A stretch of 64,000 nt of DNA. Source: Candidatus Omnitrophota bacterium (GTDB lineage: Bacteria; Omnitrophota; Gorgyraeia; JAGLLT01). A model generated the notes under the pieces. The model did not search any database. It was not told where the DNA came from and saw nothing but the letters and a program-made list of their open reading frames with translations. Made by a program: the position numbers and the translations under genes. Below, piece by piece: positions 41,380 through 50,760 of this stretch (positions within the stretch are counted from its first letter, which is position 1; every line of letters starts with the position of its first letter). The stretch is taken from positions 26,805-90,804 of the forward strand of contig DAOVJY010000006.1 in assembly GCA_030632085.1 (NCBI GenBank), in the 5' to 3' direction.

Positions 41380-41961
41380 TTGAAGAAGTCAATGATTGTA
41401 TTAATGGTTATATGTATTTTGTTGTTTATGGCTGCAGGGCCGGCACAAGCCAAAGCGGCTTATGTTGATGACTATAATACCGGAGATAAACCTAATTCTA
41501 TGGGCGGCGATTTGGGTGCTTTTGATTTTCAACCGGAAGATCTTACGCAAAGTTGTTTGGTGGCTTATGATTCGGATGTAAAAAGGGGTGACTCCGGCTT
41601 TTCTATGCGCTTGGAATATGACGTTGATTCACTAAACCCGGCCTTTAACGGGTTTTGGACAAAGTTAAATGGTTTTAACGCTAAAGGTTATAATAAAGTA
41701 GTTTTATGGGTTAAAGGTGACGCCGATAAAGGCCATACTACTACCTTTAAAGCCGAGCTGAAAAATGACCGGGGTGAACAGGGTGAATATTATGTTACGG
41801 GTATAACCGGTGACTGGACTAAGGTGAAGATTCCTTTAAATCGTTTCGACGGGATTACTGATTTATCATCTTTATCAGAATTTATTATCGTATTTGAAGA
41901 CAATATAGTTACTACAAAAGAAGGAACAATTTGGATAGATGATATTTACTTCAGTAATTAG
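41380..41961 (+). CDS. Secreted CBM11/CIA30-like protein, copy 2
   Basis: Paralogue of 40570; TTG at 41380 aligns with ATG of copy 1, AGGAGG RBS. Confidence 0.78.
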   Translation: MKKSMIVLMVICILLFMAAGPAQAKAAYVDDYNTGDKPNSMGGDLGAFDFQPEDLTQSCLVAYDSDVKRGDSGFSMRLEYDVDSLNPAFNGFWTKLNGFNAKGYNKVVLWVKGDADKGHTTTFKAELKNDRGEQGEYYVTGITGDWTKVKIPLNRFDGITDLSSLSEFIIVFEDNIVTTKEGTIWIDDIYFSN

Positions 41962-42045
41962 TTTCGGTATAATTACGCTATGAACCGGAAACAAGTACAA
42001 AGTCATAAGTCACAAGGCACAAGTAAAAAACAAAAAAACAAGCAC

Positions 42046-42082
42046 AAAAGGGTCTTCTTTCTAAAAAAGAAGGCCTTTTTTT
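42046..42082 (+). terminator. Intrinsic terminator candidate
   Basis: aaagggtcttcttt / aaagaaggcctttt hairpin plus T run. Confidence 0.65.
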
Positions 42083-42110
42083 AAAAAAACATAATGTCGG
42101 GGAGGGCATT

Positions 42111-42860
42111 ATGAGTTTAAAGTATTCATTTGTAATTTTATTGTTAAGCTGTTTGTTTACTGTATCATCCTGTTCGGGTAACAAAGATCAAGAGGCGATA
42201 ATAACGGAAGATGTAAACCTATCTCAGCAGTTTACCGGTGAGCTTGATGAAAATACAATTCCGCGAGAAGCTCAAAAGGAAGAAGTCGCTTCTGTAAAGG
42301 AGCAAAGCATACCTGATAGTATTAAAACACCTAAAATTGAATCTCTTGAAGGCGGAGTTTGCGTAGATGATTTTAATGCCGGCTCTAAACCCAATTGCCT
42401 CGAAGGTGATTTGGGTGCTTTTGATTTTCAACCGGAAGATCTTACGCAAAGTTGTTTGGCGGCTTATAATTCGGATGTAAAAAGGGGTGACTCCGGCTTT
42501 TCTATGCGCTTGGAATATGACGTTGATTCACTAAACCCGGCCTTTAACGGGTTTTGGACAAAGCTGGAAGATTTTGACGCTAGTGATTTTTCTAAGTTGG
42601 TTTTTTGGGTTAAAGGAGATCAGGAGTATGGTTTTACGGATACTTTTAAAGTGGAACTCAAAAACAACTCAGGTGAAACCGGTAAATATTATGTTAAGAA
42701 TATTACAGCCCAATGGAAAAAGATAGAGGTGCCGCTAAAGGATTTTGCTTTTATAAGTGATTTTTCTGATTTAGTAGAATTAGTTTTTGTATTTGAGGAT
42801 AGAATTGCCTCAAAGAAACAGGGAACGATTTGGGTTGACGATATCTATTTTGTAGAGTAA
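42111..42860 (+). CDS. Lipoprotein with CBM11/CIA30-like domain, copy 3
   Basis: Lipobox VSSC, disordered linker, same domain as copies 1-2. Confidence 0.78.
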   Translation: MSLKYSFVILLLSCLFTVSSCSGNKDQEAIITEDVNLSQQFTGELDENTIPREAQKEEVASVKEQSIPDSIKTPKIESLEGGVCVDDFNAGSKPNCLEGDLGAFDFQPEDLTQSCLAAYNSDVKRGDSGFSMRLEYDVDSLNPAFNGFWTKLEDFDASDFSKLVFWVKGDQEYGFTDTFKVELKNNSGETGKYYVKNITAQWKKIEVPLKDFAFISDFSDLVELVFVFEDRIASKKQGTIWVDDIYFVE

Positions 42861-42894
42861 ATTATAATAAAGGAGTAAAAAAGTAGTTTAGAAA

Positions 42895-43713
42895 ATGAAT
42901 ACATTAGTTGATGTATCTAAGTTGGGTAATATTTCCGTTGTCAAGAAGCTCAATAGCTTGCTTAATAAAGTTTTTGGGGTTAAAATTTATTTTTACGGAT
43001 TAGAGTCTGAAGATGGTAAAAGTATTTTTGATGACAGAGAAGCACTTAAGAATTTTTTTGGAAATTCTTCCGGTGCGGTTAGTAAAGATGTAAAAAAAGC
43101 CGTAAATAAAAAAGAGCTAATAATTTGTTCAACCTCAAACCAGTGTAAAAGAATTATTTTACCGATTATGGTAAGAAAAAAAGTTTATGGGTTTGCGGTT
43201 ACTGATGAATTCAGTTCAAAGAAATCTTCGGCAGCCAAAGAACAAACAGCTAATCTTTCGAGTGACCCTAAAATTAAAGAGTTATGCGGTTTTCTGGAAG
43301 AATTTATTAATTTCATATTTTCTTTGAAGTTTGAAGAGATAGTTTTTTTAAACTCCGATATGGCTCAAACCCATTTGCAGGAATCAATCTCGAAGGCGAT
43401 AGATTTTATAAAAGAAAATTATTACAGGCCCAATCTTTCATTAAACGAAGTTTCCGAAGCTGTAAGTTTAAGCCCCTACTATTTTTCTCATCAGTTTAAA
43501 AAAGAATACAATACAACCTTTATTGAATTCGTTACAAGAATCAGATTAGAAGCCGCTTTAAAACTTTTAAAAGACATGAGGTTAAGTGTGGCTCAGGTGT
43601 CTTTTGCGGTTGGTTATCAAGATCCTAATTACTTCAGTAAAGTGTTTAAAAAGTGGATGAATATTTCCCCTCAGGAATATAGGGATCAAATTGTGGATCA
43701 AAAAATTTCTTAA
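42895..43713 (+). CDS. AraC-family regulator (PocR-like N-terminus)
   Basis: LSLNEVSEAVSLSPYYFSHQFKK, VGYQDPNYFSKVFKK..SPQEYR. Confidence 0.92.
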   Translation: MNTLVDVSKLGNISVVKKLNSLLNKVFGVKIYFYGLESEDGKSIFDDREALKNFFGNSSGAVSKDVKKAVNKKELIICSTSNQCKRIILPIMVRKKVYGFAVTDEFSSKKSSAAKEQTANLSSDPKIKELCGFLEEFINFIFSLKFEEIVFLNSDMAQTHLQESISKAIDFIKENYYRPNLSLNEVSEAVSLSPYYFSHQFKKEYNTTFIEFVTRIRLEAALKLLKDMRLSVAQVSFAVGYQDPNYFSKVFKKWMNISPQEYRDQIVDQKIS

Positions 43714-43725
43714 AAGGGTGAAGAC

Positions 43726-44175
43726 ATGTTGAAGGACAAAAGGAAGCACGAACGTTTTAACGTTACAAAGGCTTTTACGGGCCGGATATGCAGGAAGGAC
43801 AAGAAAACACTTCTTTCCGGTGACATACCAATATCAACTAAAGATATTAGTATGGGCGGCGTAAAATTGCAATGGCCCAAAAGCTGGCAATGTAAGAAGT
43901 GTAATAAGTGCCTGGGTTGGGTTTTTAATCATGGATGTCGTTTTAAGAACAATGAGACAAACAGAATAAACCGAATTTTAGACGAAGACGTGTTGCTTAG
44001 GGTGACAATTGAAGGCAATAAAGACAAGGTCAAAGAAATATTTTTGAAGATTGTCTGGACTGAGAAGACGGAAGATTTACAAGATCACTATGATGTGGGG
44101 CTAAATTTCGTTAAAACGGACAGGGATACGGAAGAGACAATCTCTGTTATAATAAAAGGTAATAAGAAGAAATAA
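43726..44175 (+). CDS. PilZ-domain protein with Cys-rich insertion
   Basis: RKHER (RxxxR), DISMGG (DxSxxG), IVW..YDVGLNF; insertion CKKCNKCLGWVFNHGC. Confidence 0.82.
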   Translation: MLKDKRKHERFNVTKAFTGRICRKDKKTLLSGDIPISTKDISMGGVKLQWPKSWQCKKCNKCLGWVFNHGCRFKNNETNRINRILDEDVLLRVTIEGNKDKVKEIFLKIVWTEKTEDLQDHYDVGLNFVKTDRDTEETISVIIKGNKKK

Positions 44176-44298
44176 ATTAAAGTTTATTTAGCGAAGTTTT
44201 TAACGCGTTTTGCTTAAAAATCACTGTCTTTTTTTACCCCAAACTTCTTACCTAAATGTCGAAAATTTAATAAAAAATAGTAAAAAAAGTTATAAATT

Positions 44299-44565
44299 AT
44301 GCGCAATAAAAAAAACTTTACTTTTTTTCTAATATGTGCTACCGTGTGCGCTTTGAGTGTTAATGCGTCGGCTGATGTTATTCGGCTCAATAACGGTTCT
44401 TCTATTAAGGGCTGTATTATTAAGAAAACCGAGAGTTTTTGCCTTTTACAAACCTCCTTGGGAACTGTGAATTTTCCCTTAAAAGCTATAGCGTCTGTTG
44501 CCGGGAAATCTAATAAAGTAGACCTTGCGTTTATTCGGTGTCTAAAAATAGAGGAGCAGAGATAA
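44299..44565 (+). CDS. Small secreted hypothetical protein
   Basis: Signal peptide then ADVIRLNNGSSIKG. Confidence 0.55.
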   Translation: MRNKKNFTFFLICATVCALSVNASADVIRLNNGSSIKGCIIKKTESFCLLQTSLGTVNFPLKAIASVAGKSNKVDLAFIRCLKIEEQR

Positions 44566-44567
44566 AA

Positions 44568-46982
44568 ATGGATTTTAAATTAACCAGCAAAACGTTCAAA
44601 TTAAACGGCAAGGATTTTTTTATCCTTTCAGGGGAAATACATTATTTTAGAATCCCAAAGAGGTTATGGAAAAAACATTTAACCCGTCTCAAGGAAGCAA
44701 ACTGCAATACAGTTTCTACTTATATTCCCTGGTGCTGGCATGAATATGATGATAATAAGTTTGACTTTACGGGTAAAACATGCCCGGAAAGAGATTTGGT
44801 TAGTTTTTTGAATCTCTGTCACGAGATGGGCCTTTATGTGATCGTTAAGCCCGGGCCGTATATTTTGGCTGAATACAAACGTAACGGTTTGCCTGAATGG
44901 CTTTTCGATAATTACCCGGAGGTCCAGGCTATAGATGAGAATTCAAATATTCATCCGCTTAAGATGACAACATACATGAATCCTATTTATTTGAAATATG
45001 CCAAGCGTTGGTATGATAAAATCATGCCCATAATAAGAGATTATCAGATAACAAATGATAAGATGATTATCATGATGCAGTTATGTAATGAGATAGCATT
45101 TTACTATTGGTTTTCCGCTGAAGGAGATTATAACTCCGGTTGCCTGAAGTATTATCACGAGTTTTTAAAGAAGGAGTATAAGAATATTAAGGCGTTAAAT
45201 AAGATTTATAAAACCGACTACAGCGCCTTTGATAAAATAAGGCCGCCTAAGGGTGAGGTTAAATGTGAAAAGGGTTATTTTGGTTATCGTGATTGGCATT
45301 TATTTTATCGCTGGTATTATGCCGTTTATTTAACTCATCTTTTAAAAGAGGTTAGAAGTTTAGGGGTAAACATACCCACTTTCCATAACCTTCCCGGATG
45401 GATTAACGGTAGGGCCCTTGAATATCCGGTAAACGTAATTATGTACGATGAGTTAGAAAAGATGGCTCCTGAAATTATGCTGGGAGTGGACCATATACCG
45501 GAAACAGTTGATTTTAGAAATTTACATGATGATTTAGTTTGCAATGAAGTAACCCGGGCTCTTCAGAATCACAGGCATCCTACAATGGGTGTTGAAATTC
45601 AGGCCGGCAGCCGCCATCATAAAACCAAAGTATATGCCAACGAACTCGACCTATTCTATAAGGCGTGTTTGGTGCACGGCTTAAAGGGTATTAATTTATA
45701 TATGTTTTCTCAAGGAGTAAATCCTCCGAGAAAAGGAGATTTGGGCCCGCTTTTTTATTGGCAGACGCCGGTTGATAATAACGCTGAACCCTCAGAGCTT
45801 TACGGCACAGTTAAAAAATTTGGAGAGTTTGTAAAGACTCATGGGGTGAAAATCGCGAATTCCAGCAAGAAAGCCTCTATCGGTGTGGGTTTATATAGGC
45901 CATATTATCATACGGAATTTACAATTCCCGCTTTTGGTAAGAGAAAATTTAATGTTGAAGATTTAGGTATGCATTATGATCCTCAGAGAGTAAGAGATTC
46001 TGTCTTATTTGACGGTTTATTAAGATCTCTGCAGGTTTTAAATGAAAATTTCATAATTGAAGATTTACAAAGTATTGATTTAAAGCGCCTTAAAAAATAT
46101 AAACAGCTTTGGGTCATGTCTTTAGATTGTATGGATAAGGATACGCAGAAAAAACTTGCCGGTTATATAAAAGCGGGAGGCCATCTTATTATACTGCCCA
46201 CTTTTCCGCAAAAGGACCTGAACTTAAAGAAGTGTACTTATTTAGAAGACTTTTGTAAAATATCCAACAAAAAAACTGTCTATCCGGTTACGCCTAAAAT
46301 TGATCTGTTAGGTGTTAAGGATTTTCAATGCCTTACAAGAATCAATATATACAAGGCGGATAAAGCTAAGATTATCGCTGTAACTGAAGCCGGAGAATGC
46401 TGCGGCTTAAGCAAAAAAATCCAAAAGGGAAAAATAACTATCCTGGGAACCGCTTTTAGTTATGAGTTAGCGGAGCATTTAGAGGCTTACAAGAAGTTAA
46501 TTAACATTGATAATATTAAAAGATACGTAAAGGTGGACAATCCGGACATAATAGCGGGTGAACTTTTTGGTAAAGATTGCGACTATTTATATATTATGAA
46601 TTATCATAGAAATTATCAGTCTTTTAATCTGCAAATCAGTAATTTAGCTTCCGCTTCAAATTTGAAGAAAATGCTTAAGGATAAAATTTTCTTGATGCCT
46701 CCAACGTATGGCCTTATCGCGCCTCTTAATTTGGAAATTGCTTCAGGCCTCAGTGTAACATTTACAACCTCGGAGATATTAAGTGTTAAGAATCAAGAGG
46801 AGTATATTGAGCTTAAAATAGCGGGCCATCGGAAATTTAAAGGTATCTTGCTTTTAAAGTCAAAAAACAAGCCCAAAAAAGTATTAATAGATAATAAAAA
46901 GGCTAACATGAAATACAATTTAAAAGAGATATGTTTAGAATATACGCATAAGAAAAATCCATTTTCAATAAAAATATATTAA
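44568..46982 (+). CDS. GH35-family glycoside hydrolase/transglycosylase
   Basis: SGEIHYFR, NTVSTYIPW, KPGPYILAE, QLCNE; GAGGAG RBS before ATG 44568. Confidence 0.88.
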   Translation: MDFKLTSKTFKLNGKDFFILSGEIHYFRIPKRLWKKHLTRLKEANCNTVSTYIPWCWHEYDDNKFDFTGKTCPERDLVSFLNLCHEMGLYVIVKPGPYILAEYKRNGLPEWLFDNYPEVQAIDENSNIHPLKMTTYMNPIYLKYAKRWYDKIMPIIRDYQITNDKMIIMMQLCNEIAFYYWFSAEGDYNSGCLKYYHEFLKKEYKNIKALNKIYKTDYSAFDKIRPPKGEVKCEKGYFGYRDWHLFYRWYYAVYLTHLLKEVRSLGVNIPTFHNLPGWINGRALEYPVNVIMYDELEKMAPEIMLGVDHIPETVDFRNLHDDLVCNEVTRALQNHRHPTMGVEIQAGSRHHKTKVYANELDLFYKACLVHGLKGINLYMFSQGVNPPRKGDLGPLFYWQTPVDNNAEPSELYGTVKKFGEFVKTHGVKIANSSKKASIGVGLYRPYYHTEFTIPAFGKRKFNVEDLGMHYDPQRVRDSVLFDGLLRSLQVLNENFIIEDLQSIDLKRLKKYKQLWVMSLDCMDKDTQKKLAGYIKAGGHLIILPTFPQKDLNLKKCTYLEDFCKISNKKTVYPVTPKIDLLGVKDFQCLTRINIYKADKAKIIAVTEAGECCGLSKKIQKGKITILGTAFSYELAEHLEAYKKLINIDNIKRYVKVDNPDIIAGELFGKDCDYLYIMNYHRNYQSFNLQISNLASASNLKKMLKDKIFLMPPTYGLIAPLNLEIASGLSVTFTTSEILSVKNQEEYIELKIAGHRKFKGILLLKSKNKPKKVLIDNKKANMKYNLKEICLEYTHKKNPFSIKIY

Positions 46983-46989
46983 GATATAA

Positions 46990-47130
46990 ACAAGTACAAA
47001 GTCATACCCTGGTGGGCACAAGCAAGGCACAAGACACAAGACACAAGTAAGAGCATAGGGCGAAGAGCTAATGGCTAATAGCAAAAAAACAAAAGAATAA
47101 AAAAACGAGAAACAAGCTATAAGGCATAAG
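46990..47130 (+). repeat. Stacked 7-mer tracts (CACAAG- and TAGC-type) containing micro-element copy at 47005-47022
   Basis: aagtca[taccctggtgggcacaag]caaggcacaagacacaagacacaag; gagcatagggcgaagagctaatggctaatagc. Confidence 0.85.
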
Positions 47131-47179
47131 GAAGAATCTGATTTTTTTCTTGAACACTCTCAAACTTCGTGGGATAATT

Positions 47180-47220
47180 AGGTAAGCGTTTTAAGTAAGA
47201 CGTTTACCTTTTTATTTTTA
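47180..47220 (+). terminator. Hairpin plus T-rich tail
   Basis: aggtaagcgtttt / aagacgtttacct followed by ttttattttt. Confidence 0.55.
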
Positions 47221-47235
47221 ACAAGGAGTAAATAT

Positions 47236-47808
47236 ATGAAGGCCTTAAGATTTTTAGCCGTATTTGTAATTGGCTGCTTTGTTTTTTTAAGTTTTAGCTG
47301 CAATCCCTTCTTTGACAGAAAACAGGCTAAAAATACCGTCCTTAATAAAGATCCTTCTTTCGCGAGTGTTCTTAAAGAGAAAGATAGAATCAATACTCAG
47401 ATTAATAAGGCCAAAAAAGTCCTTAAAACTAAAAAGAAAGAAGTGGACGCGGCTATTGGCCAATTAAAGAAAAAATATGCCAAAGAAAACAAAAAAATAG
47501 GAGTAGAAGTAAAAAATCTTGAAAATGAGCTAAGTAAATATGTTGCTGAAATAAAGCTTAAAGTAAATAGTCTTAGCGAAGAATTAAAAACAAAAAAAAG
47601 AATTTTAAAGAATACCAACTCTATTATAAAAGAAGCTAATAAACTTCTTTCAGAGGATTCGCAAGCGCGATTATCATCTGAAGAAGAAACAAAATGGAAA
47701 GACAAACTCCTAGAGCTTAAGAGCCAAAAAGAAGATGTTACGCGCCAAATTGAAAAAATAAATGATAAGATAAAAATAGAAAAATTAAAATTAAAACTTA
47801 TAAATTAA
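47236..47808 (+). CDS. Lys-rich coiled-coil putative lipoprotein
   Basis: AAGGAG RBS, lipobox SFSC, heptad pattern. Confidence 0.65.
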   Translation: MKALRFLAVFVIGCFVFLSFSCNPFFDRKQAKNTVLNKDPSFASVLKEKDRINTQINKAKKVLKTKKKEVDAAIGQLKKKYAKENKKIGVEVKNLENELSKYVAEIKLKVNSLSEELKTKKRILKNTNSIIKEANKLLSEDSQARLSSEEETKWKDKLLELKSQKEDVTRQIEKINDKIKIEKLKLKLIN

Positions 47809-47832
47809 GGTACTTTATCTAACTGTAAAAAA

Positions 47833-49416
47833 ATGTTAAAGATTAAAAAAGCGATAATAAGCGTATCTGATAAAAGTGGAATTGAAGAATTCACCAGAGG
47901 TTTAAGTAAAATCGGTGTTGAGCTGATTTCAACCGGAGGCACGAAGAAGGCTATTGAGCAGGCGGGTATAGAGGTAACCGCTGTTGCCGAGTATACTAAG
48001 GCGCCCGAGATGCTTGATGGGAGAGTAAAAACCCTGCATCCTAAAATTCACGCGGCTATTCTTGCTAAGAGGGACAACGCGGCGCATCTTAAGCAGTTGG
48101 AGGCGGCCGGAATTAGTTTAATTGATATGGTTGTAGTTAATCTTTATCCTTTTGAGAGAACCGTTGCCAAGCCGGATGTGTCCTTGGATGATGCTGTAGA
48201 GAATATTGATATCGGCGGCCCCGCAATGCTAAGAGCGGCAGCTAAAAATTACAAAGCAGTCGCGGTTCTCAGTTCACCAACTCAGTATGAGCATATATTA
48301 GATGAATTAAAAGCAAATGATGGTTGTCTCAGTGAGGCGACTTTAGCTCGCTTAGCAGTTGAAACCTTCAAAAAAACCTCCAATTATGATACTCAAATAT
48401 ATAATTATCTTGAAAATAATATTTTAAGTGAAGCCGATGGTTCGCCCGCGAAAGGGCGTGATTTTTCCTTTGTTTCTGATTTGAATTTCAATGTTAAAAA
48501 AATACAAGACCTAAGATACGGAGAAAATCCTCATCAGAGAGCCGCTTTTTATCGAGACGATAAAATGAGTCATCCAAGTATATGTGCTGCCAGGCAGTTA
48601 CACGGTAAAGAACTTTCATTTAATAACATTTTAGATTTAAATGCCGCTATTGAAATTATTAAAGATTTCGATAAGCCTATGGCTTGCGTTTTAAAACATA
48701 ATAATCCCTGCGGGGCGGCGGTAGCTGATAATTTAGCTTCCGCTTACAAAATGGCTTTAAATTGCGATCTGATGTCGGCTTATGGCGGTATTGTAGGTTT
48801 AAATCAGGTTGTAGATGAGGAGACGGCCGCTCTCGTGCGGGAAAGCCGTTTCATTGAGTGTGTGGTAGCCTGCGGTTACACTGAAAATGCTCTTGGAATT
48901 TTAAAGAATAAAAAAAATATTAGAATTTTAGATATTCCGGAATTAAATCTTAGGGGTTTGGATATTGATTTAAAGAAAGTAAACGGCGGCCTTTTGCTGC
49001 AAGAAAAGGATTTATTAAGAATTGAACCTCAAGATTTGAAAGTAGTTACTAAAAGAAAACCCACTAAGCAGGAAATAGAATCTCTAATGTTTGCCTGGAG
49101 GATTTGTAAATATGTAAAATCCAATGCTATCGTATTGGCAAAGGACACAAAAACCGTAGGCATTGGTGCCGGCCAGATGAGCCGTATTGATTCAGTAATT
49201 ATTGCAATCAGAAAAGCCGGCAAGTTAACAAAAGATGCTGTAATGGCAAGTGACGCTTTTTTCCCCATGAAAGATTCTGTAGAGTATGCTCATAAAGCCA
49301 ATATAAAAGCTATTATACAGCCGGGTGGTTCAATAAGAGACGCGGAAGTTATAAAAGAAGCTAATGACCGCGGCATTGCTATGGTTTTCACCGGCATCAG
49401 GCATTTCAAACATTAA
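47833..49416 (+). CDS. purH: Bifunctional AICAR transformylase/IMP cyclohydrolase
   Basis: ISVSDK, GRVKTLHP, IDIGGP, LRYGENPHQ, ASDAFFP, GIRHFKH. Confidence 0.98.
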   Translation: MLKIKKAIISVSDKSGIEEFTRGLSKIGVELISTGGTKKAIEQAGIEVTAVAEYTKAPEMLDGRVKTLHPKIHAAILAKRDNAAHLKQLEAAGISLIDMVVVNLYPFERTVAKPDVSLDDAVENIDIGGPAMLRAAAKNYKAVAVLSSPTQYEHILDELKANDGCLSEATLARLAVETFKKTSNYDTQIYNYLENNILSEADGSPAKGRDFSFVSDLNFNVKKIQDLRYGENPHQRAAFYRDDKMSHPSICAARQLHGKELSFNNILDLNAAIEIIKDFDKPMACVLKHNNPCGAAVADNLASAYKMALNCDLMSAYGGIVGLNQVVDEETAALVRESRFIECVVACGYTENALGILKNKKNIRILDIPELNLRGLDIDLKKVNGGLLLQEKDLLRIEPQDLKVVTKRKPTKQEIESLMFAWRICKYVKSNAIVLAKDTKTVGIGAGQMSRIDSVIIAIRKAGKLTKDAVMASDAFFPMKDSVEYAHKANIKAIIQPGGSIRDAEVIKEANDRGIAMVFTGIRHFKH

Positions 49417-49422
49417 TCTCTA

Positions 49423-50751
49423 ATGAAATATCAAGAAACAGTAGCCTACCTGAATTCGTTTATAAACTTCGAGGAAAAAATAAAGTTTAATTATAAGCGG
49501 CTAAAACTTAACCGAGTTCGCTCTATACTTGATATTCTGGGTAATCCCCAACATTATCTGAAGGCTATTAAGATCGCCGGTACAAAAGGTAAGGGGTCTA
49601 CCGCTAATTATATCAGTAATATTTTATTTACGGCCGGCTATAGAACGGGTTTATACACCTCTCCTCATTTGCATGATTTCAGGGAAAGAATAAAATTAAA
49701 TAATAAGTTAATTACAAAAAAAGAGTTAATTGAAGTTGTCGCGGTTGCGCGAAAGGCGATTAGGAAGCACTTAAATCAAGGCGGGCAAAAACCAACATTC
49801 TTTGAAGTTTATACAATTTGCGCCTTTTATTATTTTTATATCAAAAAAACGGATTTCGTGGTTTTAGAAGCGGGTTTAGGGGGAAGGTTGGACGCGACTA
49901 ATGTTGCCGGGGGTATAATTTCAGTTTTGACTTCCATAAGTTATGAACATATGGATAAATTAGGCAAAAAATTAGAGTCTATTGCCTTTGAGAAAGCTTC
50001 AATAATAAATAATAATTCTTTTGTAATTAGTTCGTACCAGCGGCCTTCAGCCATGAGAGTTATTCGGCGCGTGGCGAAGGCAAAGAAAGCTAAACTCTAC
50101 GTTTACGGAAAAGATTTTAATTGTAAATTAGAAAAGATATCTAATTTGAAACAGAGCTTTTCGTACCATGGTTTTTTGGTTAGCCTTCCTGCTTTAAAAA
50201 CAACTCTTTTAGGTGAACATCAACTTGAAAATGCCTCCTGTGCTTTGGCTGTTATAGAAGTTCTTGCAATCTTAGGCTATAAGATAGATAATATGTCTAT
50301 CAAGAGAGCTATAGCTAATACTGACTGGCCCGGCCGCCTTGAAATTGTGGATAAAGAGCCATATATTGTTTTAGATGGAGCTCAGAATAAAGCCAGTACG
50401 CGGGTATTAGTTAAAGCTCTAAAAATTTTTAAATATAAAAAACTTATTGTTATTTTGGGAATTTCCGCTGATAAAGATATAAAAGGTATATGCCGGCTTA
50501 TAAATACAGCTGCCGATAGCATTATTATAACTAAAAGTTTTCATCCCAGGGCCGCGTTGCCCGATGTTATCAATGAATGTTTTAAGAGTATAAAAAGAAG
50601 AGACGCGGAAATTACTTACAGTATTACCAGCGCTCTGAAGTTAGCACGTAGGTTGAGTAAAAAAGATGATTTAATAATCTGTTGTGGTTCATTGTTTGTG
50701 GTTGCTGAAGCGAGGCGTTTACTAAGTAACGGTAAAAGATTAACTAAATAA
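49423..50751 (+). CDS. folC: Folylpolyglutamate synthase/dihydrofolate synthase
   Basis: AGTKGKGST, YTSPHL, EAGLGGRLDATN, WPGRLE. Confidence 0.96.
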   Translation: MKYQETVAYLNSFINFEEKIKFNYKRLKLNRVRSILDILGNPQHYLKAIKIAGTKGKGSTANYISNILFTAGYRTGLYTSPHLHDFRERIKLNNKLITKKELIEVVAVARKAIRKHLNQGGQKPTFFEVYTICAFYYFYIKKTDFVVLEAGLGGRLDATNVAGGIISVLTSISYEHMDKLGKKLESIAFEKASIINNNSFVISSYQRPSAMRVIRRVAKAKKAKLYVYGKDFNCKLEKISNLKQSFSYHGFLVSLPALKTTLLGEHQLENASCALAVIEVLAILGYKIDNMSIKRAIANTDWPGRLEIVDKEPYIVLDGAQNKASTRVLVKALKIFKYKKLIVILGISADKDIKGICRLINTAADSIIITKSFHPRAALPDVINECFKSIKRRDAEITYSITSALKLARRLSKKDDLIICCGSLFVVAEARRLLSNGKRLTK

Positions 50752-50760
50752 ATATTTATT

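Larger units (their letters stand above)
40430..42030 (+). repeat. Tandem ~810-bp duplication (40430-41239 / 41240-~42030)
   Basis: Near-identical units with offset 810, including last GH94 codons, promoter, CBM gene and 7-mer tract. Confidence 0.9.

Noticed and set aside
40570-42860. Diversity-generating retroelement (Avd-like gene plus near-identical repeats)
   Set aside because: No reverse transcriptase in the window and differences between CBM or TA copies are not adenine-specific.
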